DNA of 64,000 bases from an uncultured Candidatus Saccharibacteria bacterium. Lineage in GTDB: Bacteria > Patescibacteriota > CALEFQ01. The stretch lies in assembly GCA_965230955.1 (NCBI GenBank), contig OZ246404.1, forward strand, positions 97,184-161,183. The letters are read 5' to 3'. The notes beneath the pieces were generated by a model that was given only the letters and a program-made list of their open reading frames with translations, was not told the origin of the DNA and ran no database searches. Positions 15,772-25,083 of this stretch are shown piece by piece (the stretch's first letter is position 1; each line of letters begins with the position of its first letter). Position numbers and translations under genes: made by a program.

Positions 15772-17199
15772 TTACTTGTTTTTTAGCGCCATTTTTAGGA
15801 AATTTTCCAGTAATTTTTTCCCGTGATTGTAGGGGACTTTTATTTCCGGATGAAATTGAGTGCCGTAGATAAAGCGCTTGGTGCTCTTTTGCACCTGGGT
15901 ATAGGTGGAGGACGCAATGACTTCGAATTCACTCCCGGGCTCGGCCACGGCCCAGCTATGGACTTCCGGCGCGGTAAAATCTTTGGCCAGGCCTTCGAAG
16001 ATCGGATCCTTCTTGTCAATTTTTATCCGTGTCATCTTATTCCTCGGCTCCATGGCTGAGATATCGGACCAGCCCATGCTTCTTATCCTGGTATAGCCGT
16101 AGGCCGCCGCCAAAAATTGGTGGCCGGCGCAGATTCCGAGCAGTGGCAAATTTGTTTCCCGAATTATTTCAAATTCGCCGTTGTATTCAAACATCGGTTC
16201 GTTGGGATAGTCGGCGTTGTTGCCGCTCAGCACGATCGCGACTGGTTGATGCGGCAACTTAACGAGCATTTCCATCGAGGCCTCGTAGCAGGGGACGACT
16301 ACCGTTTTCAGTTTGAGCGGCAGATCGGAAATATATTTGGCCAATTCCGTGAAAGTAAAACCGTTGTGCTCGTTGCCGATTATCAGTACATAATCTTCTT
16401 TGGGCACGATCGGGGGTTTGGGTTGCCCGGGGGAGTAGAGAATGATTTCATTGATCTGGGCGGCGTAGCCGGTGAAACTGGTAATCAGTAATCTGAAATA
16501 GCGAGCTTTGACTGCCGGAAAATTTAAAATATTTCTAAATGTCTCGTTATTTTTGGTCGTGGTCGCAGAGATGGTCTGCCATTTTTTACCGTCAGAACTT
16601 GATTGCAGGGAAAAATCTTTCAGCCAACCGTCGCGGTCATTGAAATTAGAGAGGATCCAGGCGCGAGCGACTTCAGTCGGTTTCCCCAGATCGAATTCAA
16701 TCCATTGGCGTTCTTCGCCCGGCGGCGGGCTTTGCCAAAAAGTCAGGAGTCCCGGGTCGTCCCAGTCGGTGATGTTTTTGACGTTATAACCGTTCGAGGC
16801 CTTGGCGTTCTTCACGTTGACGCGCACCAGATTCATAAAAGCGGCATCGGATTTGGTGTCGACCCAAAAGCGGGAAGTGACCCAGGGGCTTTTGCCCTGA
16901 GCGGTCACCGTCCTGACGCGCCAGTAGTAGAGACGATTGTCTTTCAAGGCATCGGCAGCCGGTATTTTCTGGTCGGTGATGTAGGGATCGTCTTCGTTTA
17001 TTTTGTGATAGATTTTCAAATCAGCGGAAGAAAAGTTTTTGCTGGTGTCGAGTTGTATTTCATAAGTGCGGCCGGCGGCTTTTCCTGGAGCGTTAAAAAA
17101 AGACAAAAGCGGACAGAGTTCAGTCACGATGACGTCCCAGCTGGGATTGTTGGCCAGGCGAGGCGGCAGCGGGGTGGCTTGTTTTTTGGGTGCGGGCAT
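15772..17199 (-). CDS. multidomain protein: FN3-like + F5/8 type C (discoidin) domain + C-terminal class I glutamine amidotransferase (peptidase C26-like) domain
   Basis: Discoidin-like WQSPPPGEERQWIEFDLGKPTEVARAWILSN...ARYFRLLI; GATase1 catalytic LPLLGICAGHQFLAAAYG ... IYGTQFHPE; no signal peptide. Confidence 0.7.
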   Translation of the reverse strand: MPAPKKQATPLPPRLANNPSWDVIVTELCPLLSFFNAPGKAAGRTYEIQLDTSKNFSSADLKIYHKINEDDPYITDQKIPAADALKDNRLYYWRVRTVTAQGKSPWVTSRFWVDTKSDAAFMNLVRVNVKNAKASNGYNVKNITDWDDPGLLTFWQSPPPGEERQWIEFDLGKPTEVARAWILSNFNDRDGWLKDFSLQSSSDGKKWQTISATTTKNNETFRNILNFPAVKARYFRLLITSFTGYAAQINEIILYSPGQPKPPIVPKEDYVLIIGNEHNGFTFTELAKYISDLPLKLKTVVVPCYEASMEMLVKLPHQPVAIVLSGNNADYPNEPMFEYNGEFEIIRETNLPLLGICAGHQFLAAAYGYTRIRSMGWSDISAMEPRNKMTRIKIDKKDPIFEGLAKDFTAPEVHSWAVAEPGSEFEVIASSTYTQVQKSTKRFIYGTQFHPEIKVPYNHGKKLLENFLKMALKNK

Positions 17200-17246
17200 A
17201 TTTTTTCTCTAAACGAATATTGGTTTTTCCCGGTAATCTGCGGGCA

Positions 17247-17340
17247 AGATATAAGATGTAAGATGTAAGAGTTAAGATATAAGAAGAAAGAAGATCATAG
17301 TTTTATCTTACATCTTAATTCTTATGTCTTAAATCTTATT
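17247..17340. repeat. TAAGAT-type AT-rich palindrome in a divergent promoter region
   Basis: gatataagatgtaagatgtaagagttaagatataag ... cttacatcttaattcttatgtcttaaatctta. Confidence 0.5.
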
Positions 17341-17452
17341 TAGTTTTATTTTAACATGTCGTGAGTGGAAGAAAAAGTATTCTGTTCGGAAAAGTTTCCT
17401 CGGAGTGAAAAATGTGGTATAATGTAAATATAACATTCAAACAAACAAAATT

Positions 17453-18892
17453 ATGGAAAAGTCCAAAGCTTCGGTACTGACGAATCCGAAATTCGCCAAG
17501 GTATTAGGCGTATTTTCCCTGGCGATGATTAATGTGTCGCTAATCTGCAGTTTACGCGGATTACCGACCATGGCTGAATACGGCCTGTCGATTGTTTTCT
17601 TTCTGGCGGTCTCGGTGCTTATTTTCTTGATCCCGGTTTCTTTTGTTTCGGCCGAATTGGCCGCCGCCTGGCCCAAAGGGGGCGGTATTTATTCCTGGGT
17701 TCGGGAAGCTTTTGGCGAAAAATGGGGCTTTATTGCGGTATCACTGCAGTGGATCCAAAATTTGGTTTTCTATCCGACGGCGCTGGCCGCTACGGCCGCT
17801 GTCATCGCTTATCTGATCAATCCGGCTTTGGCGGAAAATAAACTATATACTCTCGTGGTGATCATTGTTGTTTACTGGATCGCCATTCTGATAAACTTGC
17901 GCGGTATGAAAACCTCCGGGCGAGTAGCGACGATTGGCACTATCCTGGGTATCATTTTACCCGGCGCCATATTGATTATTCTCGGCCTATTGTGGGTTTT
18001 AAGTGGCCAGGAATTAGCCATCCCGATTACTCTCAAAAGCTTGGTCCCGGACATGGGCAATATCAATAACATTGTCATGCTTTCCGGCCTTTTCCTTTTC
18101 TTTGCCGGCATGGAAGTTTCCGGTGTGCATGCCCGAGAAGTAAAAAATCCGCAGAAGGATTATCCCAAAGCCATTTTCATCTCGGCTATTATCGTCACGG
18201 TTATATTCCTGCTCGGTTCCCTGGCTATAGCGGTGATCATTCCGGTTTCCCAGCTCAGCCTGACGGCGGGAATTATGCAAACTTATTCGGCGGTTCTGGG
18301 GCGTTTCAATCTGCTGTGGCTGATTCCGATCATCGCGCTTTTGGCCGCGCCGGGTATGATTGTCCAGGTCAGTTCTTGGATCGCTGGACCAAGCCGCGGC
18401 TTGTTGGTCACTGCCAAAAATGGCGATTTACCGCCGTTCCTCCAGAAGATGAACAAAAATGGCATGCCGATAAATATCATGCTGGTCCAGGGAATTATAG
18501 TTTCCATGATTGCCGTCGTGTTTCTCTTTATGCCTTCGGTTAGCAGTTCTTTCTGGATTCTGACTGATCTGGCGGCGCTATTGTACCTGACGGTTTATAT
18601 AATTATGTTTATGGCGGCCATCAAACTTCGAAAAACTCGCCCCGATGTCCCGCGCCCGTACAAAGTTCCCGGCGGAAAATATGGTCTCAAGATTTTTGCA
18701 GGAATCGGTATAGCTGCTTGCGCTTTCGCTATGGTGCTGGGATTTTTCCCGCCATCCGCTCTTGATACCGGAAATCTGCTTTCCTATGAGTTATTCCTTG
18801 GTCTCGGCTTTGTTGTTATGCTGTGTTTGCCGCTCGTCGTTTGGCGGTTTAGGAAGAGTTCTTGGAAAAAAGATGTACAAGTTGATAGCTAA
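17453..18892 (+). CDS. APC-superfamily amino acid permease/antiporter (GadC-like)
   Basis: 12-TM profile; N-terminal ..MAEYGLSIVFFLAV...SAELAAAWPKGGGIYSWV typical of APC transporters. Confidence 0.8.
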   Translation: MEKSKASVLTNPKFAKVLGVFSLAMINVSLICSLRGLPTMAEYGLSIVFFLAVSVLIFLIPVSFVSAELAAAWPKGGGIYSWVREAFGEKWGFIAVSLQWIQNLVFYPTALAATAAVIAYLINPALAENKLYTLVVIIVVYWIAILINLRGMKTSGRVATIGTILGIILPGAILIILGLLWVLSGQELAIPITLKSLVPDMGNINNIVMLSGLFLFFAGMEVSGVHAREVKNPQKDYPKAIFISAIIVTVIFLLGSLAIAVIIPVSQLSLTAGIMQTYSAVLGRFNLLWLIPIIALLAAPGMIVQVSSWIAGPSRGLLVTAKNGDLPPFLQKMNKNGMPINIMLVQGIIVSMIAVVFLFMPSVSSSFWILTDLAALLYLTVYIIMFMAAIKLRKTRPDVPRPYKVPGGKYGLKIFAGIGIAACAFAMVLGFFPPSALDTGNLLSYELFLGLGFVVMLCLPLVVWRFRKSSWKKDVQVDS

Positions 18893-18988
18893 TATCAATA
18901 ATCACTTTTGAATTTCGTTAGTAAAAAATCGCCGATGGCGATTTTTTACTATTATGATAAAATTGAGTAGTAATATTAAAACAAATAT

Positions 18989-20863
18989 ATGCTAAATTCT
19001 TTGAAAGCTTATGTCGTTGGTTTGGCTGCCGCGTTTTTATTTTTGGGTTTGGCATTTGGGGCTATCCCGGCTCATGCCGTCGACAGCTGGCCGGGCGATA
19101 GCGGATCGCTTATCGCCGATGCCGCCAGTTTGGGCGCCGGCTACGAGCCCAGCGGCTTGGCGTATCATAGCGTCAGAAAGCAACTGGTCATGGTGGGAGA
19201 CGACGGTGATATCACCACTATGAATACCGACGGTTCTTCCGTTCATACTAAATCTCCGACGGGCGAGGATCTGGAAGGAGTGGCCGTGGCCGATGCCACT
19301 TCAGATTTGATTTATGTCGGGATCGAAAACCCGGACAGTATCAAAGAATACAATTTAAGCACCGAAGCCTACACCGGCAAAAAATGGACGCTTACCGCTT
19401 GGTTGCACGGCGATGACGGCCAGGGACTGGAAGCTCTGACCTTTGTGCCCAATGGTTTCCATCCTTATGCCAATAGTAATTCGGGCGGATTATTTTATGC
19501 CGGTCATCAGCTGGACGGTAAAATTTTTGTTTTCGATATCAATACCGGTACCAGCGAAGCCGTTACTCTGGTTGACACTATCACGGTTGATCCCGCGTTG
19601 ACTGATATTTCCGGGCTGGATTTTAACAGCGACACCCAGTTGATTTACGCTATTTTTGATACGAGCAACCGGCTGGTGGAAATGCAGCCGGATAAAACGA
19701 TCATCAATACTTATTCCCTGCCCAGCGATACACAGGAAGGGATCGCCGTCGTGACCGGTTGTCCGACCGCTTCCGCTCATGTTTATATCGCTGAAGATTT
19801 TGGACCTGAGGTCTGGGCTTACGGCAATTATCCGATCACCTGTCACGAGGACGATGACGGCAATGGTGGCGGTGATGATGACGGCGGCGGCGGGGAGACA
19901 GAGACGGAATATCTCGGAAAAAATACAGTTGTCTCGATGCCGGGGCCGGGCGGGACTTCGCAAGTCCGTACTTTCAACACCACGGGCCGGGCCAGTTATA
20001 CCACCGGTTGGTCGGCTTATGCTGCATCGCTTCGGACGGGATTCAATGTCGCCGCCGGTGATCTGAATGGTGATGGCGAAGATGAAATTGTCACCTCCCC
20101 GCGAACGGGCGGAGCTCCGCGGATACGTATCTTCGATAAATCCGGTCGGGCGGTTTTCACCCCGGGCTTTTATGCTTATGACCAGAATTCCCGTTGCGGC
20201 GTTGACCTGACTGTCGGTGACCTGAACGGAGACGGCAAAGCCGAGATTGTGACGGTCCCGGGCGCTGGCTGTTCGGCCCAGGTAAAGATTTTCAACTACA
20301 TCGGCCAGCCGATTTTTACGCTCGGATTTTTTGCCTACGATAAAAATTTAAAGACCGGTTTTCGCGTGACGGCCGGCGATTTGAACGGTGACGGCAAGGA
20401 TGAGATCATCACCTCGCCGGAGAAGGGGGCTCCCGCTCATATTCGAGTATTTAATTATCTCGGCGAGCCTCGGCTGACCAATGGTTTTTACGCTTATTCC
20501 AGTAAATTAAAAACCGGCGCGGATGTAACCGGGGCGGATCTGGACAGCGACGGCCGGGCGGAAATTGTGACTGTCCCGGGAGACGGATTTCCGGCTCAAG
20601 TCAGGATTTTCGACTCGGCGGGCCGGGTGGTTCTCAGTCCGGGGTTTTACGCCTATTCCACGGCGGTTAAGACCGGTTTCAGTATTACCGCCGGTGATCT
20701 GAATGGCGACAGGAAATCGGAAATAGTGGTCGCGCCCAAAGAAAAATCGCCGGCGCATGTTCGGACTTTCGATTATCGGGGCCAGGTCAAGATTAATGCC
20801 GGTTTTTTCGCTTATCCGCAGACTTGGCCGCTCGGTGCCGATGTAGCGGTGGGGAAGTTTTAA
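18989..20863 (+). CDS. secreted protein with N-terminal beta-propeller-like (SdiA-regulated/YjiK-like?) region and C-terminal FG-GAP repeats
   Basis: Signal peptide; EPSGLAY motif; Gly/Asp-rich linker; 7 or more repeats of F.AY......G..V..GDLNGDG..EIVT.PG.G..AQV..F. Confidence 0.7.
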   Translation: MLNSLKAYVVGLAAAFLFLGLAFGAIPAHAVDSWPGDSGSLIADAASLGAGYEPSGLAYHSVRKQLVMVGDDGDITTMNTDGSSVHTKSPTGEDLEGVAVADATSDLIYVGIENPDSIKEYNLSTEAYTGKKWTLTAWLHGDDGQGLEALTFVPNGFHPYANSNSGGLFYAGHQLDGKIFVFDINTGTSEAVTLVDTITVDPALTDISGLDFNSDTQLIYAIFDTSNRLVEMQPDKTIINTYSLPSDTQEGIAVVTGCPTASAHVYIAEDFGPEVWAYGNYPITCHEDDDGNGGGDDDGGGGETETEYLGKNTVVSMPGPGGTSQVRTFNTTGRASYTTGWSAYAASLRTGFNVAAGDLNGDGEDEIVTSPRTGGAPRIRIFDKSGRAVFTPGFYAYDQNSRCGVDLTVGDLNGDGKAEIVTVPGAGCSAQVKIFNYIGQPIFTLGFFAYDKNLKTGFRVTAGDLNGDGKDEIITSPEKGAPAHIRVFNYLGEPRLTNGFYAYSSKLKTGADVTGADLDSDGRAEIVTVPGDGFPAQVRIFDSAGRVVLSPGFYAYSTAVKTGFSITAGDLNGDRKSEIVVAPKEKSPAHVRTFDYRGQVKINAGFFAYPQTWPLGADVAVGKF

Positions 20864-20882
20864 CGGCGAAAAAGATTAAGTT

Positions 20883-21353
20883 ATGAAAAAGAAAACTAAA
20901 ATTAAAACCGATCCGCGCCTAATTACTCCTTGCGGGATGAACTGTGCCATTTGCAGTGGGTATTTGGCGCAGACACGCGATATTAAGAAGCGGGGAGTGC
21001 GGCGATCGTATTGCGCCTATTGTGCTGGGTGCAGGGTCCAGGACAAGCAGTGTACTTTGAAAAGGCAGTGCCGATTGTTGCGACGGGAAGAAGTGAAATT
21101 TTGTTTTGAGTGCCAAAAATTTCCCTGCGAGCGCCTGAAATATCTGGATAAGCGCTATCGGACCAATTTCCATATGAGCATGATCGATAATCTGAAATAC
21201 ATACAAAAAAACGGTCTGCCGAAATTCCTAAAACAGCAAGAAAAGAAATGGCGCTGTTCCGAATGCGGGGGAGTGATCTGTTGTCATAACGGGATTTGTT
21301 ATGATTGCGGGATCGATAAATTGAAGAAGAAAAAGAGGCTGTGCCGGTGGTAA
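20883..21353 (+). CDS. cysteine-rich putative zinc-binding protein (DUF3795-like?)
   Basis: Pattern CGMNCAICSGY ... CAYCAGCRVQDKQC ... CFECQKFPCERL ... CSECGGVICCHNGICYDCG; the family assignment is from memory only. Confidence 0.45.
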   Translation: MKKKTKIKTDPRLITPCGMNCAICSGYLAQTRDIKKRGVRRSYCAYCAGCRVQDKQCTLKRQCRLLRREEVKFCFECQKFPCERLKYLDKRYRTNFHMSMIDNLKYIQKNGLPKFLKQQEKKWRCSECGGVICCHNGICYDCGIDKLKKKKRLCRW

Positions 21354-21513
21354 GAGTTTTGTGCATTAAACTGATTAGTGTAATTGCTTTCAGCAGTTTG
21401 AAATTACCGGGCGGTGCACTTTGAACCGCGAGGGATAATTGATATAGAAGGCTTGACTCATTTATTTGTTATTGTAGAATTCAGGCACCACAATTTTTTC
21501 AAAGGAGGATGTT

Positions 21514-21792
21514 ATGCATTTGAATGATAGCCGTCCGTTTATTTTGATGGTTGGATCTAGGCTCACTATTCCCGGAGGGATCAAGTTTGAGTATGCAGAG
21601 AATGGGGATGTAATAATTCCCCTGACCGTGGTGGAAATCAGCAACGATGTTTACCACTTTATCCCGAAGTTTTCAGGCAAATCGGTAGATGTTAGCCTGG
21701 TTTTGCCTTCCCGTGCTGAGGTTTCTGGTGCGGATATCGTGGTTGAGTCTGTTGATTTATCACAAAAAACAGCCTTGGCCAGATGGGCCTAG
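21514..21792 (+). CDS. small hypothetical protein (92 aa), weak AbrB/SpoVT-like swapped-hairpin resemblance
   Basis: RBS AAAGGAGGA 6 nt upstream; promoter TTGACT-17-TAGAAT ~50 nt upstream; intrinsic terminator at 21809-21836. Confidence 0.45.
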   Translation: MHLNDSRPFILMVGSRLTIPGGIKFEYAENGDVIIPLTVVEISNDVYHFIPKFSGKSVDVSLVLPSRAEVSGADIVVESVDLSQKTALARWA

Positions 21793-21836
21793 CGCATTCG
21801 CTTATGTAAGACCTGCTCCGGCGGGTCTTTTTTTTT

Positions 21837-21905
21837 CAAGTAACAGGTAACAAGTAACAAAAATTGACCCTTTTCCTATTTGTTACGTGATACCTGTTTT
21901 TTGTT
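21837..21905. repeat. (GTAAC)n palindromic cassette, copy 2, immediately after a terminator
   Basis: caagtaacaggtaacaagtaaca aaaattgacccttttcctattt gttacgtgatacctg. Confidence 0.65.
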
Positions 21906-22011
21906 CACCCCAAAAGACGGCTAGTCGGCCGCCTTTTGATTTGCTTGATCGCTGAGATTGATCGATGAAGTCAATTTATTGCTTGTCCGGGCGCGGGTAC
22001 TTATATTCGGT

Positions 22012-22761
22012 CTAAATGGGGCGGGTGATTTTCCATAGTAATTTGAAATAGTTCTGATATGTTTTGACTAGTGCGCCTCCGCGTAATGAGATTATTAAAG
22101 GATTGGAACCGAATAAAAGCAATGAAATTCGGTCTGACCAGATAGTAGTCGCTACCGGCTGATCGAAATCATCCGGCAAAAAACGGAAACTGACTAGATC
22201 GCGCCGGCTGGTATAGAGATCCACTTTGGGATCTTTTTTTTGATTCTCGTAAAGCAGGATGGCGTGTTTGATCTGCTTGCGCAAGCGCAGTTTTTCGTAT
22301 TGTCGGAAAAAATTATTTTTGTCCACCAGGTCAAAAAACTTGCTGGCACCGCCGCCGATGATGGAAACAGTGCTGTGGGCCGGCTGATTTTCTAGAGACT
22401 GGCGAAAAAAACGCTGGATTTCCGGCAGGCCGTCATAGACAGTGATTTCATTGGCGTGCTTGCCGGTTGCCAGGTGTTGATTGAGCTGGGGAATAATTTC
22501 TTGAGCCAGAGATACTTGGCGTTTGATGTTTCGAGTGATATTTTCCGGACTTTCGGCTCGAAAATAGCGGCGATATCCTTTGGGGGAGACAGTGACCAAT
22601 CCTTGCCGCTCAAGTTCAGCTAGTGTGTTGTAGATGACTTGCCGGTGTAGATGCACCTTTTTGGCCAGAGGTCCGATAGAGCTTGCTCCGGAGGCCAAAA
22701 GAGCCAGGTAGATATCGGCCTGGTGGGGAGAGAGTCCTAATTGTATTAGTTTGTCGCGCAT
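22012..22761 (-). CDS. TrmB-family transcriptional regulator
   Basis: N-terminal wHTH LGLSPHQADIYLALLASGASSIGPLAKKVHLHRQVIYNTLAELERQGLVTV; start taken at MRDKLIQ (22761). Confidence 0.7.
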   Translation of the reverse strand: MRDKLIQLGLSPHQADIYLALLASGASSIGPLAKKVHLHRQVIYNTLAELERQGLVTVSPKGYRRYFRAESPENITRNIKRQVSLAQEIIPQLNQHLATGKHANEITVYDGLPEIQRFFRQSLENQPAHSTVSIIGGGASKFFDLVDKNNFFRQYEKLRLRKQIKHAILLYENQKKDPKVDLYTSRRDLVSFRFLPDDFDQPVATTIWSDRISLLLFGSNPLIISLRGGALVKTYQNYFKLLWKITRPI

Positions 22762-22955
22762 ATTAGATGTCAAAATAAATGGATAAAAACACCCTGGAAC
22801 CTTTAGGCTAGCTATTATATCAGTAATAATAAAAGTCGTCAAATAGTGTTGACTTTGAGTTGATTTGATGGCAATCTTCGGGGTCGGAACTATTCAGAGT
22901 GAATCGGTGCTTTCCGAGTTTTATCAAACGCCAACTATTTGGCAGGGAGGATGAA

Positions 22956-23231
22956 ATGAAAAGGAAAAACACTTGTTGTAACTTTGTGGCCGGTTGTGTT
23001 TTCCCAGATCGAGAAACGACGGTTCTGATTTCGGGAACAGTGAAGACGTTTCCCGGTGGTAAGTTCCCGCGAATCGAAACAGAGGAATGTTTGGCGGAGT
23101 ACTTCAAAATTGAGGTGAGCCGAGTCGTGATAGTGAAGTGGTCTCGACAAACTTCAGGAAAATCGGCCGGCAAAAATGTTTCTTCTCGTAAGAACGGATA
23201 TCGGCTGATTCAGCCAAGGAGGTCGTCGTGA
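22956..23231 (+). CDS. hypothetical small protein (91 aa)
   Basis: ATG 22956 with GGGAGG RBS; no motif. Confidence 0.4.
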   Translation: MKRKNTCCNFVAGCVFPDRETTVLISGTVKTFPGGKFPRIETEECLAEYFKIEVSRVVIVKWSRQTSGKSAGKNVSSRKNGYRLIQPRRSS

Positions 23232-23695
23232 AAAGAATCCCGTTTGTGTTGTTTTTCTGGTTGAGCGGTGTTGTCCTGGCGGCTGATGCCCCGCTGGTGA
23301 AATTCGGCTGGGTAACGCAGGCCATCCAGCCTTGGAATGAAAGCGGTTTTGTTTCTGGACGCCTGTCGTTGGCGGCCGGCCCGATCATTTCCGGCTGGAT
23401 TTCGGACCATTGGCGTTGGGGAGGGGAGGTGCTCTTTTTCAAGGATCAAAACACCATTCGTCCGATGGCGTCGGCCGGTCCGATTTTTCTGCTGGGAAAA
23501 AAAATGACATTAGGCACGGTAGCTCTGGTACGAAGCGATTCTCATCTGAAAGAAATCGAAGCTTGGGGCGGCTCGATTGTACCGGGGATCAGGCTTGGTA
23601 ATATCAATGTGATGTTACCATGCGGTCGAGTCAGAATCGAGGCGACTGATACCTGGGTTAGCACTGTGTCGTTGAGGTTGGTGTTTTGGTTCTAA
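23228..23695 (+). CDS. hypothetical secreted protein (GTG start, signal peptide, aromatic C-terminus ...LRLVFWF)
   Basis: AAGGAGG RBS before GTG; signal peptide MKRIPFVLFFWLSGVVLAADA; terminator at 23740-23778. Confidence 0.5.
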   Translation: MKRIPFVLFFWLSGVVLAADAPLVKFGWVTQAIQPWNESGFVSGRLSLAAGPIISGWISDHWRWGGEVLFFKDQNTIRPMASAGPIFLLGKKMTLGTVALVRSDSHLKEIEAWGGSIVPGIRLGNINVMLPCGRVRIEATDTWVSTVSLRLVFWF

Positions 23696-23778
23696 ACCGG
23701 ATTTGCCTTGTCAGAGAGTCCTACCGAAACTTTTAGATTGACCTCTCGTTTCGAAATTCGAACGAGGGGTCTTTTTTT

Positions 23779-23865
23779 CAAGTAACAGGGAACAGGTAAC
23801 AAGTAACAAAAATTGACCCTTTTCCTATTTGTTACCTGTTACTTGTTACTTGTACTTGATCCTTG
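23779..23865. repeat. (GTAAC)n palindromic cassette, copy 3, immediately after a terminator
   Basis: caagtaacagggaacaggtaacaagtaaca aaaattgacccttttcctattt gttacctgttacttgttacttg. Confidence 0.65.
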
Positions 23866-23887
23866 TCCCACCCTCTGCTAGAATAAT

Positions 23888-24904
23888 ATGTCGCTTGGGA
23901 AGGGCTCAAGCGTGTTCTTTTTCCCCTGGTGGGCCGAACGGATAGTCAGCCGATTGGCTGACAGACCGTTTCGCCGTGCCACCCATGCCCTGCCTTGGCG
24001 GGGTATCGGAAAGGAGTTGGTTATGGAGCATTTTGTTTATTGTGACAGAGAATGGCGTGATGGTCCGGAGTGGGCGAAGCCTTTCAGTGCCGGGACGGTT
24101 ATCGGTGTGCTTTTGTGGTCGATAGTGATAATTTTCTGGTTCTGGTTCTGTCAGCGCTTTCTCATCTCTGAGGACACGTCTTTTTGGGTGAGAGTGGTGA
24201 TCGTTATCGGATTGCCCGCTTTCCTGATTATCTTTGGCATTCCACATTTAACTCTGCCAAAGGGATGGAGCTTGATGCGTGGTTTGGAGCATTTCTGGAA
24301 AGCCAATGTTCTGGGGCACACTCGTTGGTTCGGGCTAAAGTCCGATGGCTCACTGGTTATTTTTGACAAGCCATATCGAGCGCCGAAACCGAAGGACGTT
24401 GTTAAATTCTGGCTGGTGATTCCCTGGGGTGGAGTGTTTCGGAGGACGCGAATCTTTTGGTGCTGTATTTCTTGTCCCATATTTTTGGTAAATGCGAAGC
24501 ACCGCGGTTCGTCAGTCGTTTGCCGGTATAAATCAGGCCAAATAGCGGATATGTCGATCCAGGCTTTCTTTTGCTTGATGCACTGGCAAATCTCGGATTG
24601 TGATTGTTCTGAATTGGATAGGACGATTGATACAATTCTCTCCCGTCTGCGGAGTGCCGAAGATCGTTGCGGCAAACATTGGGACGTTATTGTTCAATTG
24701 GCTCGACTGGCCGATGATGCCGTCGAGAAAATCGCGGCGACCAAGCGATTTGTCAAATCTGAGGAGGGCTTAAAAATTCGAGTATGGCTGATACGGCAAC
24801 TGAGTCAGGTTTTGCCGGATAACTTGCCTGAATTAGGCATGAAATACCGCAAACTTGCAGAAAACCTGCCGCCAGAAAAGAAGGACGTCGCCGAGGGGAC
24901 TTAA
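23888..24904 (+). CDS. hypothetical membrane protein
   Basis: Several TM segments (VIGVLLWSIVIIFWFWF, VIVIGLPAFLIIFGI); terminator at 24916-24943; start uncertain (MEHFVY at 24023 is possible). Confidence 0.5.
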   Translation: MSLGKGSSVFFFPWWAERIVSRLADRPFRRATHALPWRGIGKELVMEHFVYCDREWRDGPEWAKPFSAGTVIGVLLWSIVIIFWFWFCQRFLISEDTSFWVRVVIVIGLPAFLIIFGIPHLTLPKGWSLMRGLEHFWKANVLGHTRWFGLKSDGSLVIFDKPYRAPKPKDVVKFWLVIPWGGVFRRTRIFWCCISCPIFLVNAKHRGSSVVCRYKSGQIADMSIQAFFCLMHWQISDCDCSELDRTIDTILSRLRSAEDRCGKHWDVIVQLARLADDAVEKIAATKRFVKSEEGLKIRVWLIRQLSQVLPDNLPELGMKYRKLAENLPPEKKDVAEGT

Positions 24905-24946
24905 GCAGCAATGTGGCCGGAAAGGAAACTTTCCGGCTTTTTTATT

Positions 24947-25055
24947 TCAAGTAACGGTAAACAAGTAACAGGTAACAGGGAATAAGTAACAAGGAATAAA
25001 GAGGAAATAAATTATATAATATTTGATACTTGTTACCTGTTACTTGTTACTTGGC
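24947..25055. repeat. (GTAAC)n palindromic cassette, copy 4 (longer AT-rich centre with TATATAAT), between a terminator and valS
   Basis: caagtaacggtaaacaagtaacaggtaacagggaataagtaacaagg ... tatataat ... tacttgttacctgttacttgttacttg. Confidence 0.65.
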
Positions 25056-25083
25056 CTTATTTCTGTTAAGATGTCGTCAGCTT

